From: Clostridia bacterium
GTDB lineage: Bacteria; Bacillota; Clostridia; UBA1212; DUPL01
Direction of reading: 5' to 3'
NCBI GenBank assembly: GCA_050951325.1
Contig: JBMNIW010000005.1
Span: forward strand, 32,001-96,000
Length of the DNA: 64,000 nt
The translations under genes and the position numbers were made by a program. Position 1 is the first letter of the stretch. Each line of letters begins with the position of its first letter. The notes under the pieces are model-generated. The model searched no databases. It saw only the letters and a program-made list of their open reading frames with translations, and was not told the origin of the DNA. Of the stretch, positions 1 through 9,918 are shown in pieces.

Positions 1-16
1 TTAAAGGGAGAATTTT

Positions 17-862
17 ATGAAAGGATTATTATTATCCATTATTCTTGTGGAAATGTTGTTGACCGGTTGTGTTAGGAACATTGACAAAATGACTCCATCA
101 CCAAAAATTTCACCCGAGGTTACCGACAGGGCTGATGACACACCCGGGGCGACAGAATCTGTCACGCCAACATCTACTCCGTTGCCAACGCCATCACCAA
201 CCCCTATTTCTGAGCCTGTTACAAATGTATATCAGGCAGTGAAAAGGCTTGTTGTGGCAGAAAAAGCATCTCATGTATTTGTTGTTTTGCAAAGAGAAAA
301 GGGTCCTGAGTGTGATTTTTATGCCTTTAAAAGACAAGGCAATGAGTTTGTTGAAGTGTTTAACACTGTTGGTCTTGTAGGGAAGAATGGTATTGCTACA
401 ATAGAGGAAAAACATGAAGGCGACTACAGAACTCCTGCCGGAATATATACATTTGGAATGTGTTTTGGAATAAAGGATGACAATGGCATATCTCCACTTG
501 GCTATACTGTTGTAGGCGAAGATGATTATTGGGATTCAAATCCTGAGTCCGATACGTACAATCAATGGATTAAGAAGAAAGATTTGCCTGCAACTTATGA
601 CAAAACGAAATATGAGAATTTAATCAGCAAGAAGGGAACGTACAACTATGTAGCAGCGATAAACTACAATGTGGATCCCATAATTAAAGGAAAAGGTTCT
701 GCAATTTTCCTCCACTGTACAAGAGAAGGTTCCATGCTGTATACCGGAGGTTGTATTGCCATTCCTGAAGATAAGATGCTTATCGCACTTTCAATGATTT
801 ATAGCGATACATATATCGTAATCGCAAGTTCTTTTGATGATTTGATGACACATGTTAGATAA
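17..862 (+). CDS. L,D-transpeptidase (YkuD-family) lipoprotein with PT-rich linker
   Basis: Lipobox LLTGC, a TPTSTPLPTPSPTP linker, EGDYRTPAG and the catalytic motif IFLH...TGGCIA. SD GGGAG upstream. Confidence 0.85.
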   Translation: MKGLLLSIILVEMLLTGCVRNIDKMTPSPKISPEVTDRADDTPGATESVTPTSTPLPTPSPTPISEPVTNVYQAVKRLVVAEKASHVFVVLQREKGPECDFYAFKRQGNEFVEVFNTVGLVGKNGIATIEEKHEGDYRTPAGIYTFGMCFGIKDDNGISPLGYTVVGEDDYWDSNPESDTYNQWIKKKDLPATYDKTKYENLISKKGTYNYVAAINYNVDPIIKGKGSAIFLHCTREGSMLYTGGCIAIPEDKMLIALSMIYSDTYIVIASSFDDLMTHVR

Positions 863-890
863 TTCAGGCTCTGCCTGAATTTTTTCTTTT
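861..890 (+). terminator. Rho-independent terminator
   Basis: AATTCAGGC-TCT-GCCTGAATT followed by a T-run. Confidence 0.8.
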
Positions 891-893
891 ATA

Positions 894-922
894 CACCCAA
901 ATCATTAATCCCACATATTATA
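894..922 (+). promoter_or_regulatory. sigma-K-type promoter of dpaAB
   Basis: CACC-N16-CATATTATA matches mACm-N16-CATAnnnTA. spoVFAB is sigma-K dependent in B. subtilis. Confidence 0.6.
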
Positions 923-951
923 TATCGGAAAAAGATTTGAAGAGTGATACG

Positions 952-1833
952 ATGAAAAATATGAAGTTTACATTGATAGGCGGAGACCTGCGCAATGTAA
1001 AGTTGGCTTCACTATTGGAGGAACGAGGAAACGAGGTATACACTTTTGGATTGGAAGGCGGAGCAGGAGGGAAATTTTTCTACAGATGCAACAGTATGAC
1101 TGAAGCTTTCGCAAGAGGAGACATAATTATTGGACCAATTCCATTTTCACAGGATGGAATTAAATTGAATGCTCCTTTGCATCAAGCGGATGTGGAACTT
1201 CAGGATATATTGGACAACATACCTAAAGGCAGGTTGTTGATTGCAGGAAAAGTACCTGCGGATTTTGTCAAAAAAGTAGCTGATAAGAATGTGAGGATAA
1301 TTGATATTATGGATAGGGATGACATGGCAATCCTTAACAGCATTCCCACAGCTGAAGGTGCTGTGCAGATTGCGATGGAGGAGCTGCCTGTTACAATACA
1401 TAACTGCAAGGTTATGGTTCTTGGACTAGGAAAAGTTGGATCGACGCTGGCTGTTTTGTTGAAGAATATTGGAGCAAAAGTACTGGTGGTGGCAAGGAAC
1501 AGCAGGGACATTTCAAGAGCTGCCGCTTTTGGTCTTGAGTGCGGAATGTATGAGGAGCTGCCTTTGCTCATTGGCGAGTACAAACTTATTTACAACACCG
1601 TTCCTGCGATGGTGCTTGACAAGAGTATTCTGCAGTTTGTGGCGAAGGATGCCTTGGTAATAGATTTGGCTTCCAAGCCGGGCGGTGTTGATTTTGAATA
1701 TGCACAGTACAAAGGCATCAAGACAATCCATGCATTGTCTTTGCCGGGAAAGGTTGCGCCAGTTACTACTGCCATGTACATGGAGACGGTAATATATAAC
1801 ATAATAAAAGAAGAATACAAGGGAGGCATATAA
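952..1833 (+). CDS. dpaA: Dipicolinate synthase subunit A
   Basis: IGGDLR, AILNSIPTAEGA, DLASKPGGVDF, LSLPGKVAP. Start moved to ATG 952 (the ORF track starts at TTG 937). Confidence 0.93.
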   Translation: MKNMKFTLIGGDLRNVKLASLLEERGNEVYTFGLEGGAGGKFFYRCNSMTEAFARGDIIIGPIPFSQDGIKLNAPLHQADVELQDILDNIPKGRLLIAGKVPADFVKKVADKNVRIIDIMDRDDMAILNSIPTAEGAVQIAMEELPVTIHNCKVMVLGLGKVGSTLAVLLKNIGAKVLVVARNSRDISRAAAFGLECGMYEELPLLIGEYKLIYNTVPAMVLDKSILQFVAKDALVIDLASKPGGVDFEYAQYKGIKTIHALSLPGKVAPVTTAMYMETVIYNIIKEEYKGGI

Positions 1834-2408
1834 TGATACGGATAGGGTATGCGCTAACAGGATCTTTCTGCACCATACGTGAATCTTTGGAAGTAATAAA
1901 AGAACTTGTAAACAAAGGATACGACGTTCATCCAATCATTTCATATAACGTGGCATCATTTGCAACACGCTTTATTGATTCTGACGAAACTATCAGACTA
2001 CTTGTTGAAATAACGGGAAAGGAACCAATTAGCACTATTCAAGGAGCGGAACCTATAGGACCCAAGAGACTTTTTGATGTAGTAGTAGTTGCACCCTGTA
2101 CCGGTAATACTATGGCAAAGCTTGCAAATGCCATAACAGATACGCCCGTACTTATGGCCTGCAAGTCACAATTGAGGAATCAAAGACCCGTTGTGCTTGC
2201 GTTGGCTACAAATGATGCTTTGTCTGCAAATGCAAAGAATCTGGGTATTTTACTAAACACCAGTAATGTATATTTTGTACCTGTAAAACAGGACAATTAC
2301 GAGGGAAAGCCAAGGTCCATGGTGGCCGATTTCTCACTCATTGAAAGTACAATATTGAAAGCATTGGAGGGTGAGCAACTCCAACCGATAATACTGTGTG
2401 CGGAATAG
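1833..2408 (+). CDS. dpaB: Dipicolinate synthase subunit B
   Basis: GYALTGSFCT, AEPIGPK, APCTGNT, QDN...KPRS. Coupled to dpaA through TAATG. Confidence 0.95.
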   Translation: MIRIGYALTGSFCTIRESLEVIKELVNKGYDVHPIISYNVASFATRFIDSDETIRLLVEITGKEPISTIQGAEPIGPKRLFDVVVVAPCTGNTMAKLANAITDTPVLMACKSQLRNQRPVVLALATNDALSANAKNLGILLNTSNVYFVPVKQDNYEGKPRSMVADFSLIESTILKALEGEQLQPIILCAE

Positions 2409-2415
2409 CTGAATA

Positions 2416-2444
2416 TTGCAAATTGTTGGCATAAATGATAAAAT
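2416..2444 (+). promoter_or_regulatory. sigma-A promoter of ftsK
   Basis: TTGCAA-N17-TAAAAT with TG extension. Confidence 0.55.
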
Positions 2445-2475
2445 GATTATTGAATAATAATTGGGAGTGAGATTT

Positions 2476-4773
2476 TTGGCCAACTCATCATCACAAAAGA
2501 AAAAGTCACAAAATGGCAAAACGGCAAGAGTCAAAAGCAACAAGACGGAACATCGTGAGATTGTGTCAATTGTTCTATTTGCCACAGGCTTATTGATGTT
2601 CCTTTCGTATATAGACAAGGTAGGAATTGTTGGCGTTCTCATTAGAGGATTTTTGTTCGGTTTTTTTGGACAAGTTGCTTCTTTTCTAATTCTTGGCCTT
2701 ATATGGTATTTGGCATGGTGTCTATTAAGGGGTACTGAACGACAGGTTTTTACTTTTAAGAAGACTTTTCTGTTTACTCTCTTAATCATAATGATATCGT
2801 CACTTATACATACGATTTCGTTTGATGCCTCCCATGAAGATTTCTTTGAAACGGTAAGACAGCTTATTGATTCGCATAAGCAAAAACCTTCCGGAGGCTT
2901 GCTTGGAGGAGGGTTGAGTCTTGTTTTGCAGAAATATATGGAGAAGGCTGGTGCCTTGGTAGTATTGATACCATTGACAATAATTATAACAATGGTTCTT
3001 TTTTCGCTTTCCATAATGAATTTTATAAACAAGGTTTCATTTATCGGAAGCAAAGTGGGAAGGACTGGAAGAAAAATATATGAGAGGTTGAGAAATAATA
3101 AGCAGCAGAGTGTGGTAATTGACAGACAGAAAATCAAGAATGCGATTGAAGAAAGCGAGATGTTGAAGGATGAATATTTGCTTGAGGAACAGGAACTGAC
3201 CTTTGACGATGAAATTATAGAGAAAGACGAACCTTTCATTAATGAGCCTGAGCAATACACCTTTTCTCCAGAGAAGATTGATGTGGAAGAAACAACATTT
3301 GTGGAGAATATTATAAGCAAGGAAAAACACTGCTATTTAAAACCTCCCATAAGCCTTCTTGCTGACAGCGATCAGGAACAGGATTTTTCCGATGAGCAGA
3401 AAAAACATGCGTCAAGGGTTGCCAGAAAGATTGAGGATATTTTGTTCAGTTTCAACATTGATGCAAAGGTTGTGAATATTAGTAGGGGACCTACAATAAC
3501 CAGGTATGACGTGCAGCCCAGTTCCGGTGTAAAGGTAAGCAAGATAAAGAATCTATCGGAAGATATTGCGCTTAATCTGGCATCGCCCGGTATAAGGATA
3601 GAGCAGATCCCAGGAAAGGCCGCAATCGGTGTGGAGGTTCCTAATGATGCTGTAAGAGTTGTTTCTTTGAGAGAGATTATAGATTCAAAGGCTTTCAGAA
3701 ATCACAGGTCAAACACTGCATTCTGTCTTGGTTGTGACATAACAGGAGAACCTGTTGTAGCAGATATTGCACGGATGCCGCATCTTTTGATAGCTGGTGC
3801 GACGGGTTCGGGTAAGAGCGTCTGTATTAACAGCTTGATTATGAGTCTAATATACAAGGCGTCTCCCGATGATGTAAAATTAATACTGATAGACCCCAAG
3901 GTTGTTGAACTTGGTATATACAATGGCATACCTCACTTGATGATACCTGTGGTAACACAAACCAAGAAGGCGGCTGGGGCATTGTCCTGGGCAGTTCAGG
4001 AAATGGAAAAAAGATACACCATGTTTGCTGAAAAAGGTGTAAGGGACATTGCAGGTTACAACAGGCAGGCAAAGGCTGAAGGCGAGGATAAGCTGCCCAA
4101 GATTGTCATAATTATAGACGAGCTGGCAGACCTCATGCTTGCAGCAAGGGACTCTGTTGAGGATGCAATATGCAGAATAGCACAGAAGGCAAGAGCCTGC
4201 GGCATACATCTGGTGGTTGCTACCCAAAGGCCCTCGGTTGATGTAATTACAGGACTGATTAAGGCCAATATACCGTCAAGGATAGCTTTCAAAGTTGCAT
4301 CGCAAGTGGATTCAAGAATCATTCTTGACAATGCCGGTGGAGCAGGAGCGGACAAGCTTTTGGGTAGAGGTGACATGCTGTTTCTGCCGGTAGGAAGTAT
4401 AAAGCCAATAAGAGTGCAGGGAGCTTTCGTTTCCGACGCAGAGGTTGAGGCGGTTGTAGACTATCTTAAGAAGTCATGCGAAGCGGAGTATGACATGGAA
4501 GTCGTAAAAGAAGTTGAGAACACTCAAAGTGCTGAAGGAACACGAAATACTGCATTGGAAGAGGACGAACTGCTTCCTCAGGCTGTACAGATTGCAATTG
4601 AAATGAAACAGATTTCAGCCTCTTATCTCCAAAGAAAGCTTGGGATAGGATACAATAGAGCGGCCAGGATAATTGACCAGATGGAGGAAAGGGGATATAT
4701 ATCCTGCAAGGATGGAAGTAATCCAAGAATGGTTTTGATAGATAAATTTCCCGAAGAATTGCAAGGAAGGTGA
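2476..4773 (+). CDS. ftsK: FtsK/SpoIIIE DNA translocase
   Basis: N-terminal TM helices, [32 protein letters not shown], gamma domain [17 protein letters not shown]. Likely start TTG 2476 after GGAGTG. Confidence 0.95.
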   Translation: MANSSSQKKKSQNGKTARVKSNKTEHREIVSIVLFATGLLMFLSYIDKVGIVGVLIRGFLFGFFGQVASFLILGLIWYLAWCLLRGTERQVFTFKKTFLFTLLIIMISSLIHTISFDASHEDFFETVRQLIDSHKQKPSGGLLGGGLSLVLQKYMEKAGALVVLIPLTIIITMVLFSLSIMNFINKVSFIGSKVGRTGRKIYERLRNNKQQSVVIDRQKIKNAIEESEMLKDEYLLEEQELTFDDEIIEKDEPFINEPEQYTFSPEKIDVEETTFVENIISKEKHCYLKPPISLLADSDQEQDFSDEQKKHASRVARKIEDILFSFNIDAKVVNISRGPTITRYDVQPSSGVKVSKIKNLSEDIALNLASPGIRIEQIPGKAAIGVEVPNDAVRVVSLREIIDSKAFRNHRSNTAFCLGCDITGEPVVADIARMPHLLIAGATGSGKSVCINSLIMSLIYKASPDDVKLILIDPKVVELGIYNGIPHLMIPVVTQTKKAAGALSWAVQEMEKRYTMFAEKGVRDIAGYNRQAKAEGEDKLPKIVIIIDELADLMLAARDSVEDAICRIAQKARACGIHLVVATQRPSVDVITGLIKANIPSRIAFKVASQVDSRIILDNAGGAGADKLLGRGDMLFLPVGSIKPIRVQGAFVSDAEVEAVVDYLKKSCEAEYDMEVVKEVENTQSAEGTRNTALEEDELLPQAVQIAIEMKQISASYLQRKLGIGYNRAARIIDQMEERGYISCKDGSNPRMVLIDKFPEELQGR

Positions 4774-5618
4774 TTGTTGTGTTAATAGATGGTAAAAAGG
4801 TATCAATGCGTATAAGGGAAGAGATAAAGAAGGAAGTGGTTGAGCTTAAAGAAAAGGGAATTAATCCTTGTCTTTCGGTGGTTCTGGTTGGTTCGGACAT
4901 GGCCTCGAGGACATATGTAAACAACAAGAAGAAGGCATGTGCGGAAGTCGGGATGCTGTCAAAGGAATTCCTTCTGCCTGATGAGGCAAGCGAGGAAGAA
5001 CTTCTTGAACTCATTGACAGGCTGAATAAAGACAAGGAAGTGCACGGAATTCTGGTTCAGCTGCCCCTTCCCAAACATATAGACGAGATGAAAGTTATTG
5101 AAGCAATTGATCCCAAAAAGGATGTAGACTGCTTCCATCCATATAATGTCGGAAGGCTGTATACGGGAAGTGGAATCTTTGCTCCTTGTACTCCAGCAGG
5201 TGTTATGGAACTTATTAAAGAAACAGGAACTGAAATTGAAGGTAAAGAGTGTGTTGTTGTTGGCAGGAGCAATATAGTAGGAAAGCCTATGGCAATGCTT
5301 CTTCTTGCTGCAAATGGTACTGTCACGGTTACCCATTCAAGAACAAAGGATTTAAAAAGCGTTTGCAAGAGGGCTGACATTCTGATTTTTGCCATAGGAA
5401 AGGCCAAGTTCGTTAACGAAGAGTATGTAAAGCCCGGTGCTGTCGTAATTGATGTGGGCATGAACAGGGATGAGAATAACAAGTTGTGCGGAGACGTGGA
5501 CTTTGAGAGGGTAAAGGATATTTGTGGAGCCATTACTCCTGTTCCAGGTGGAGTGGGTCCCATGACAATTACAACACTTCTTTCGAATACACTTTTGGCT
5601 GCAAGAATGTTTGGTTGA
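4770..5618 (+). CDS. folD: Methylenetetrahydrofolate dehydrogenase/cyclohydrolase
   Basis: [43 protein letters not shown]. Overlaps ftsK through GTGA. Confidence 0.97.
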   Translation: MIVVLIDGKKVSMRIREEIKKEVVELKEKGINPCLSVVLVGSDMASRTYVNNKKKACAEVGMLSKEFLLPDEASEEELLELIDRLNKDKEVHGILVQLPLPKHIDEMKVIEAIDPKKDVDCFHPYNVGRLYTGSGIFAPCTPAGVMELIKETGTEIEGKECVVVGRSNIVGKPMAMLLLAANGTVTVTHSRTKDLKSVCKRADILIFAIGKAKFVNEEYVKPGAVVIDVGMNRDENNKLCGDVDFERVKDICGAITPVPGGVGPMTITTLLSNTLLAARMFG

Positions 5619-5630
5619 TTTATGTTAGTA

Positions 5631-5656
5631 AAAACCTGGCCTGATGGCCAGGTTTT
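5631..5656. terminator. Terminator hairpin
   Basis: AAAACCTGGCC-TGAT-GGCCAGGTTTT. Confidence 0.8.
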
Positions 5657-5659
5657 GTG

Positions 5660-5893
5660 TAAAATTTCTTCTGAACAAATATATGTTTAAACTCAATAGT
5701 AACGGTGTTTTCTTGACTGATTATCACTGTAGGGGGTATGAGTAATATTGAATGTTACTCTGGCTTTGCCATTTTCATACTGTTCTATTGTAACTTCCTT
5801 CATTATTCCGTCATCGGGGAGTCTAAACTGCTCAGATTGAGGATTGTATGAAATACGCCTTCCGTTATGTTCGCATATTAATTTGAAAATATT
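5660..5893 (-). pseudogene. Probable decayed gene fragment, possibly AMIN-like
   Basis: A 66-codon stop-to-stop frame (5893-5693, NIFKLICEHNGRR...KEVTIEQYENGKARVTFNI) has no proper start. A shifted frame continues TVIISQENTVTIEFK. Confidence 0.35.
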
Positions 5894-6014
5894 TTATCAT
5901 ATATATTGTTAATGTATTAGGTTGGTATATTCACAAAATCGAGCCAAAATATTCAATATTTATGCAGGCTTTCATAATTTAGGTTGTATTGATCGTAACT
6001 TGCATTATTTCTTC

Positions 6015-6043
6015 TTGACAAATATTATCTTTTTATTTAGAAT
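6015..6043 (+). promoter_or_regulatory. sigma-A promoter of rny
   Basis: TTGACA-N17-TAGAAT. Confidence 0.75.
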
Positions 6044-6052
6044 TAACTGTGA

Positions 6053-6120
6053 TGCATATTATGCACAATGCATAATATGCACAAAATGCATAAAGTGCAT
6101 ACAATTCATTTTGTGCATTT
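6053..6120 (+). repeat. 9-bp-periodic TGCA repeat array forming hairpins in the rny 5'UTR
   Basis: TGCA at 6053, 6062, 6069, 6078, 6087, 6096, (TTCA 6105) and 6114. Perfect inverted repeat TGCATATTATGCA-CAA-TGCATAATATGCA. Confidence 0.75.
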
Positions 6121-6176
6121 AGAAGAATTTAAGTTGTTCAGATAAATATGAGTACCTTGACAACTAAATAAGGGAG

Positions 6177-7772
6177 GTGTTCGGTATAGGAACTAGCGAT
6201 ATTATTCTATTCATAGTCGTCCCTTTAGTTTTCAGTTCACTAGTTGGCTTAATTTGTTGGAAAATAGCCTCAAAAAGATCTTTTGCTAAGGGTTATCAAG
6301 CCAGGAAAGAAGAAGCAGAAGCGGTTATAGAAAGCGCCGAAGCGGAAGGCAAAAGAATTATTAGTGAAGCAATTAAAGAAAGTGAAATAAAGAAGCGTGA
6401 GTATTTGCTCAATGCCAAACAAGAGATTCACAAAAGTAGAATTGATCTTGAAAGGGAAATTAAAGATAGACGAAACGAGATACAGAGAAATGAAAGACGT
6501 TTGATTCAGAAAGAAGAGTTGCTTGAGAAAAAGCAGGATGCGCAGGAACAAAAGGAGCGTATGCTCAATGAAAGAATGCTTGAACTTGACGAACGTGAAA
6601 AACACGTAGAGGAAATGTTCAACAAACAAGTCCAAGAACTCGAACGTATCGCAAATTTGACGAAAGATGAAGCAAAGGAATATTTGCTAAGACTTACTGA
6701 AAACGAATTGATTCAGGAAAAAGTAACACTTATCAAGGATTACGAAGCGAAACTGAAAGAGGAATGTGTTGTTTTGGCACAGAACTTAGTAGCAACGGCT
6801 ATACAGAAATGTGCATCTGACTATGTTTCAGAAACGACTGTATCTGTTGTCGCATTACCTAATGATGACATGAAAGGCAGAATCATAGGTAGGGAGGGCA
6901 GAAACATAAGGACCATTGAAACATTGACTGGAGTTGATCTGATCATAGATGACACACCTGAAGCTGTTATTCTATCAAGTTTTGATCCAATTCGACGAGA
7001 AATAGCTAGGATAGCTCTGGAGAAGCTGATCATTGACGGTAGAATACATCCTGCCCGAATCGAAGAAATGGTAGAGAAGGCGAGAAAGGAAGTAGACAAT
7101 GTCATCCGTCAGGAAGGAGAGAACGCTACATACGAAACTGGTGTGTATGGGCTTCATCCTGAAATTGTAAGGCTTCTGGGCAGACTGAAGTTCAGGACCA
7201 GCTATGGACAAAGCGTTCTCTTGCACTCAATTGAAGTTTCTAAACTGGCAGGTGTCATGGCTGCAGAGCTGGGTGTAGACGTAGCTTTGGCAAAAAGAGC
7301 CGGCTTGATACACGACATAGGCAAGGCTCTGGACAGCGAGATTGAAGGCTCGCATGTAACCATAGGTGCAGACATAGCCAAGAAGTATAAAGAGTCGCCT
7401 GATGTTGTAAATGCCATAATGTCACATCATGGAGATATTGAACCGCAAAGCGTAGTTGCTGTACTAGTACAAGCTGCAGACACAATATCAGCAGCAAGGC
7501 CTGGTGCAAGACGCGAAACTCTCGAGACTTATATCAAGAGACTAGAGAAACTCGAGGAAATAGCGAATTCCTTCAGTGGCGTTGAAAAAACTTATGCGAT
7601 TCAGGCTGGGCGAGAAATCAGAATTATGATTAAGCCGGAACTTGTCAGTGATGAGGAAATGCCTTTGAAGGCAAGAGAGATAGTTAAGAAGATTGAAAGT
7701 GAAATGGAATATCCTGGACAAATCAAAGTAACGATTTTACGGGAAACAAGAGCAGTAGAATACGCAAAATAG
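6177..7772 (+). CDS. rny: Ribonuclease Y
   Basis: N-terminal TM and coiled coil, KH domain [15 protein letters not shown] domain [16 protein letters not shown]. Confidence 0.97.
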   Translation: MFGIGTSDIILFIVVPLVFSSLVGLICWKIASKRSFAKGYQARKEEAEAVIESAEAEGKRIISEAIKESEIKKREYLLNAKQEIHKSRIDLEREIKDRRNEIQRNERRLIQKEELLEKKQDAQEQKERMLNERMLELDEREKHVEEMFNKQVQELERIANLTKDEAKEYLLRLTENELIQEKVTLIKDYEAKLKEECVVLAQNLVATAIQKCASDYVSETTVSVVALPNDDMKGRIIGREGRNIRTIETLTGVDLIIDDTPEAVILSSFDPIRREIARIALEKLIIDGRIHPARIEEMVEKARKEVDNVIRQEGENATYETGVYGLHPEIVRLLGRLKFRTSYGQSVLLHSIEVSKLAGVMAAELGVDVALAKRAGLIHDIGKALDSEIEGSHVTIGADIAKKYKESPDVVNAIMSHHGDIEPQSVVAVLVQAADTISAARPGARRETLETYIKRLEKLEEIANSFSGVEKTYAIQAGREIRIMIKPELVSDEEMPLKAREIVKKIESEMEYPGQIKVTILRETRAVEYAK

Positions 7773-7781
7773 TTTGAAAAC

Positions 7782-7814
7782 AAAAAAGAGAGTGATTGAT
7801 TCACTCTCTTTTTT
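7782..7814. terminator. Bidirectional terminator between rny and spoVS
   Basis: AAAAAAGAGAGTGA-TTGAT-TCACTCTCTTTTTT between convergent genes. Confidence 0.85.
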
Positions 7815-7837
7815 AAGTATGTTTCTAATTTTTTGGG

Positions 7838-8119
7838 TTATCCGCAATAACCCCTATAATTTCTTCTTTCAACATGAAGTTTGATGCCCGTACGTTCCTC
7901 GCCTTCAAGATAAACGTCAACGAAAGCGGGCATGCATACCAATTCGATTCCAGTCGGAGCCAAATACCCTCTGGTAATTGCTATAGCCTTTATTGCCTGG
8001 TTAATTGCACCTGCGCCGATTGCCTGCACATCGACAGAACCTACTTCCCTGATAACACCTGCCAATGCACCTGCTACTGAAGCTGGATTTGATCTTGCTG
8101 ATACCTTTAATACATCCAT
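7838..8119 (-). CDS. spoVS: Stage V sporulation protein S
   Basis: MDVLKVSARSNPASVAGALAG, QAIGAGAINQAIKAIAI. GGAGG SD. Confidence 0.96.
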   Translation of the reverse strand: MDVLKVSARSNPASVAGALAGVIREVGSVDVQAIGAGAINQAIKAIAITRGYLAPTGIELVCMPAFVDVYLEGEERTGIKLHVERRNYRGYCG

Positions 8120-8310
8120 AATATGTACCCTCCATTATTTTTTTATTTTTTTGATTGTTTTTATATATTCTAAATAAAAACATGTAGCAATACAATTATT
8201 TCCCAAAATAGTGGGGTGTTTGTGGTACATATATATGCATCATATCGTTATTTATGAATAAATAATGGAGGGAAAATTCTAAAGTTAGGCATGTTGAATA
8301 TTTCCCGACT

Positions 8311-9087
8311 TTAGCTTTGTTTCAAAAAAATCCTGTAGATATCTTTGGCAACTCCTGAATTGTCACAAATATCTATTACAACAGCGTTCAGCATAAAGCT
8401 GCCTTTTGCAGGTTCGAATCTTGTAGGCATGGAGCGAACAAACTTCTCCATTACACATTTTATGTCCATGCCAATTATACTGTGTATTGGTCCGGTCATT
8501 CCGGCATCGGAAATGAAGGCAGTGCCGTTTGGGAGAATGCGTTCATCCGCTGTCTGGACATGAGTGTGGGTGCCAATTACGCAGGAACACAATCCGTCTA
8601 TATACAGCGCCAATGCGATTTTTTCAGACGTGGCCTCCGCATGAAAATCCACAACAATGATATTTGTATACTGGCGCATTTCATGAAGACATTCAGTGGC
8701 ACATTCAAAGGGATTGTCCACATGGTCCATGAAGACACGCCCTTGAAGATTCAAAATGCCTATGTCTCCCTTGTTTGTGTTGACAATACACCAGCCTTTG
8801 CCGGGAAGAGATTTTGACATGTTTGCTGGTCTTACAATTGGGAAGTCATCGATGAACGAAAGAGTATCTTTCTGTCCCCAAGCATGGTTTCCAAGTGTGA
8901 TGAAATCCACACCACTAGCGTATATTTCATCTGCAGTTTGCTTTGTGATACCTTTTCCGTGTGCCGCATTTTCGCCGTTGGCAATGCAAAAGTCAATATC
9001 ATGCTCGCTTATTAGATCTTTAAGCCAGAGATTTAGTGCCTGACGTCCCGGACGTGCGAATACGTCCCCAATAAAAAGTATTTTCAC
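8311..9087 (-). CDS. ymdB: YmdB/TIGR00282 metallophosphoesterase
   Basis: LFIGDV, NGENAAHG, TLGNH, VDFHAEATSEK, GTHTHVQTAD, SDAGMTGP. Confidence 0.95.
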   Translation of the reverse strand: MKILFIGDVFARPGRQALNLWLKDLISEHDIDFCIANGENAAHGKGITKQTADEIYASGVDFITLGNHAWGQKDTLSFIDDFPIVRPANMSKSLPGKGWCIVNTNKGDIGILNLQGRVFMDHVDNPFECATECLHEMRQYTNIIVVDFHAEATSEKIALALYIDGLCSCVIGTHTHVQTADERILPNGTAFISDAGMTGPIHSIIGMDIKCVMEKFVRSMPTRFEPAKGSFMLNAVVIDICDNSGVAKDIYRIFLKQS

Positions 9088-9177
9088 AGCGTTTACCTTT
9101 CTAATTACATGTATTATTTGAATAAATATTGGATTTGATATATAATATTATCACTTTAAAAGGATGGGGTCAAGATT

Positions 9178-9915
9178 TTGCCTATGAGACAAGTTTGTAT
9201 AAATCAGGAGAAAAACGATATAATTCAGTTATTTACCACAAGATACACAGGTAATATGAGCCATACAAGGGAAGAAAACAAACAGAATGTTGATAAAAGA
9301 TTTGAAATGATAGCCAATACATTCAACATGAGTGTTGACAGAATGGTTTTACTTAATCAGACACATGGGACAGATATTTTTGTTGCTGACGAAAGCTACA
9401 TAAGAGGAGAAAAACCTGTTTGCGATGCATCTGTGACAAATGTGCCTGGCATTTGTCTTGTTACCATTCATGCTGACTGTGTTCCTGTATATTTCCATGA
9501 TAAAAAAACGAAAAGCATCGGGCTTGCCCATTCGGGTTGGAAGGGAACATTGGACGGCATAAGTATACATGTTCTTGATAAAATGAATGAGGTATACGGT
9601 ACAAAGGCTGAGGATGTGGAAATTGTCATAGGTCCGTGCATTTGCAAAAGTTGTTTTGAAGTTAAAAATGATGTATACTCTCTCTTTGCTGGCAAATATC
9701 CAGATTATGCTGATTGCATTACAGAGGGAAATATTGACCTTAAAGGAGTAATTATACGTGGTCTGTTGGATAAGGGAGTCAGAGAGGAGAATATAATTGA
9801 TATGGACATATGTACATGTCATAATGAAGATTTGTTCTTTTCTCACCGAAGAGGCACTAAAAGAAACAAATCTGGCGAAGGCGCAATGGCTGCGCTTGCC
9901 TGTTTGAAAGGATAG
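9178..9915 (+). CDS. pgeF: PgeF/YfiH (YlmD) family peptidoglycan-editing factor / purine nucleoside enzyme
   Basis: QTHG, ADCVPV, AHSGWKG, GPCICKSCFEV, FFSHRR. Confidence 0.9.
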   Translation: MPMRQVCINQEKNDIIQLFTTRYTGNMSHTREENKQNVDKRFEMIANTFNMSVDRMVLLNQTHGTDIFVADESYIRGEKPVCDASVTNVPGICLVTIHADCVPVYFHDKKTKSIGLAHSGWKGTLDGISIHVLDKMNEVYGTKAEDVEIVIGPCICKSCFEVKNDVYSLFAGKYPDYADCITEGNIDLKGVIIRGLLDKGVREENIIDMDICTCHNEDLFFSHRRGTKRNKSGEGAMAALACLKG

Positions 9916-9918
9916 ATT

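Noticed and set aside
140-220. PT-linker DNA as a variable tandem repeat (also 60490-60540)
   Set aside because: The repeats are only at protein level with synonymous variation. These are ordinary linkers.
2334-3320. Long antisense ORFs (also 4466-5035, 27866-28495, 43527-44354, 52561-53103, 56126-56731)
   Set aside because: These are shadow frames of well-supported genes, with no SDs or recognisable motifs.
6053-6120. TGCA array as ArgR boxes or a mini-CRISPR
   Set aside because: The spacing is TGCAT-N3-ATGCA rather than the N4 of ARG boxes. There are no unique spacers or cas genes.
5922-6122. 66-aa ORF with CxxCxxC-like Cys spacing (CIICTKCIKCI)
   Set aside because: The Cys periodicity is a by-product of the 9-bp TGCA repeat. 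The TTG start has no SD, and the ORF spans the rny promoter.
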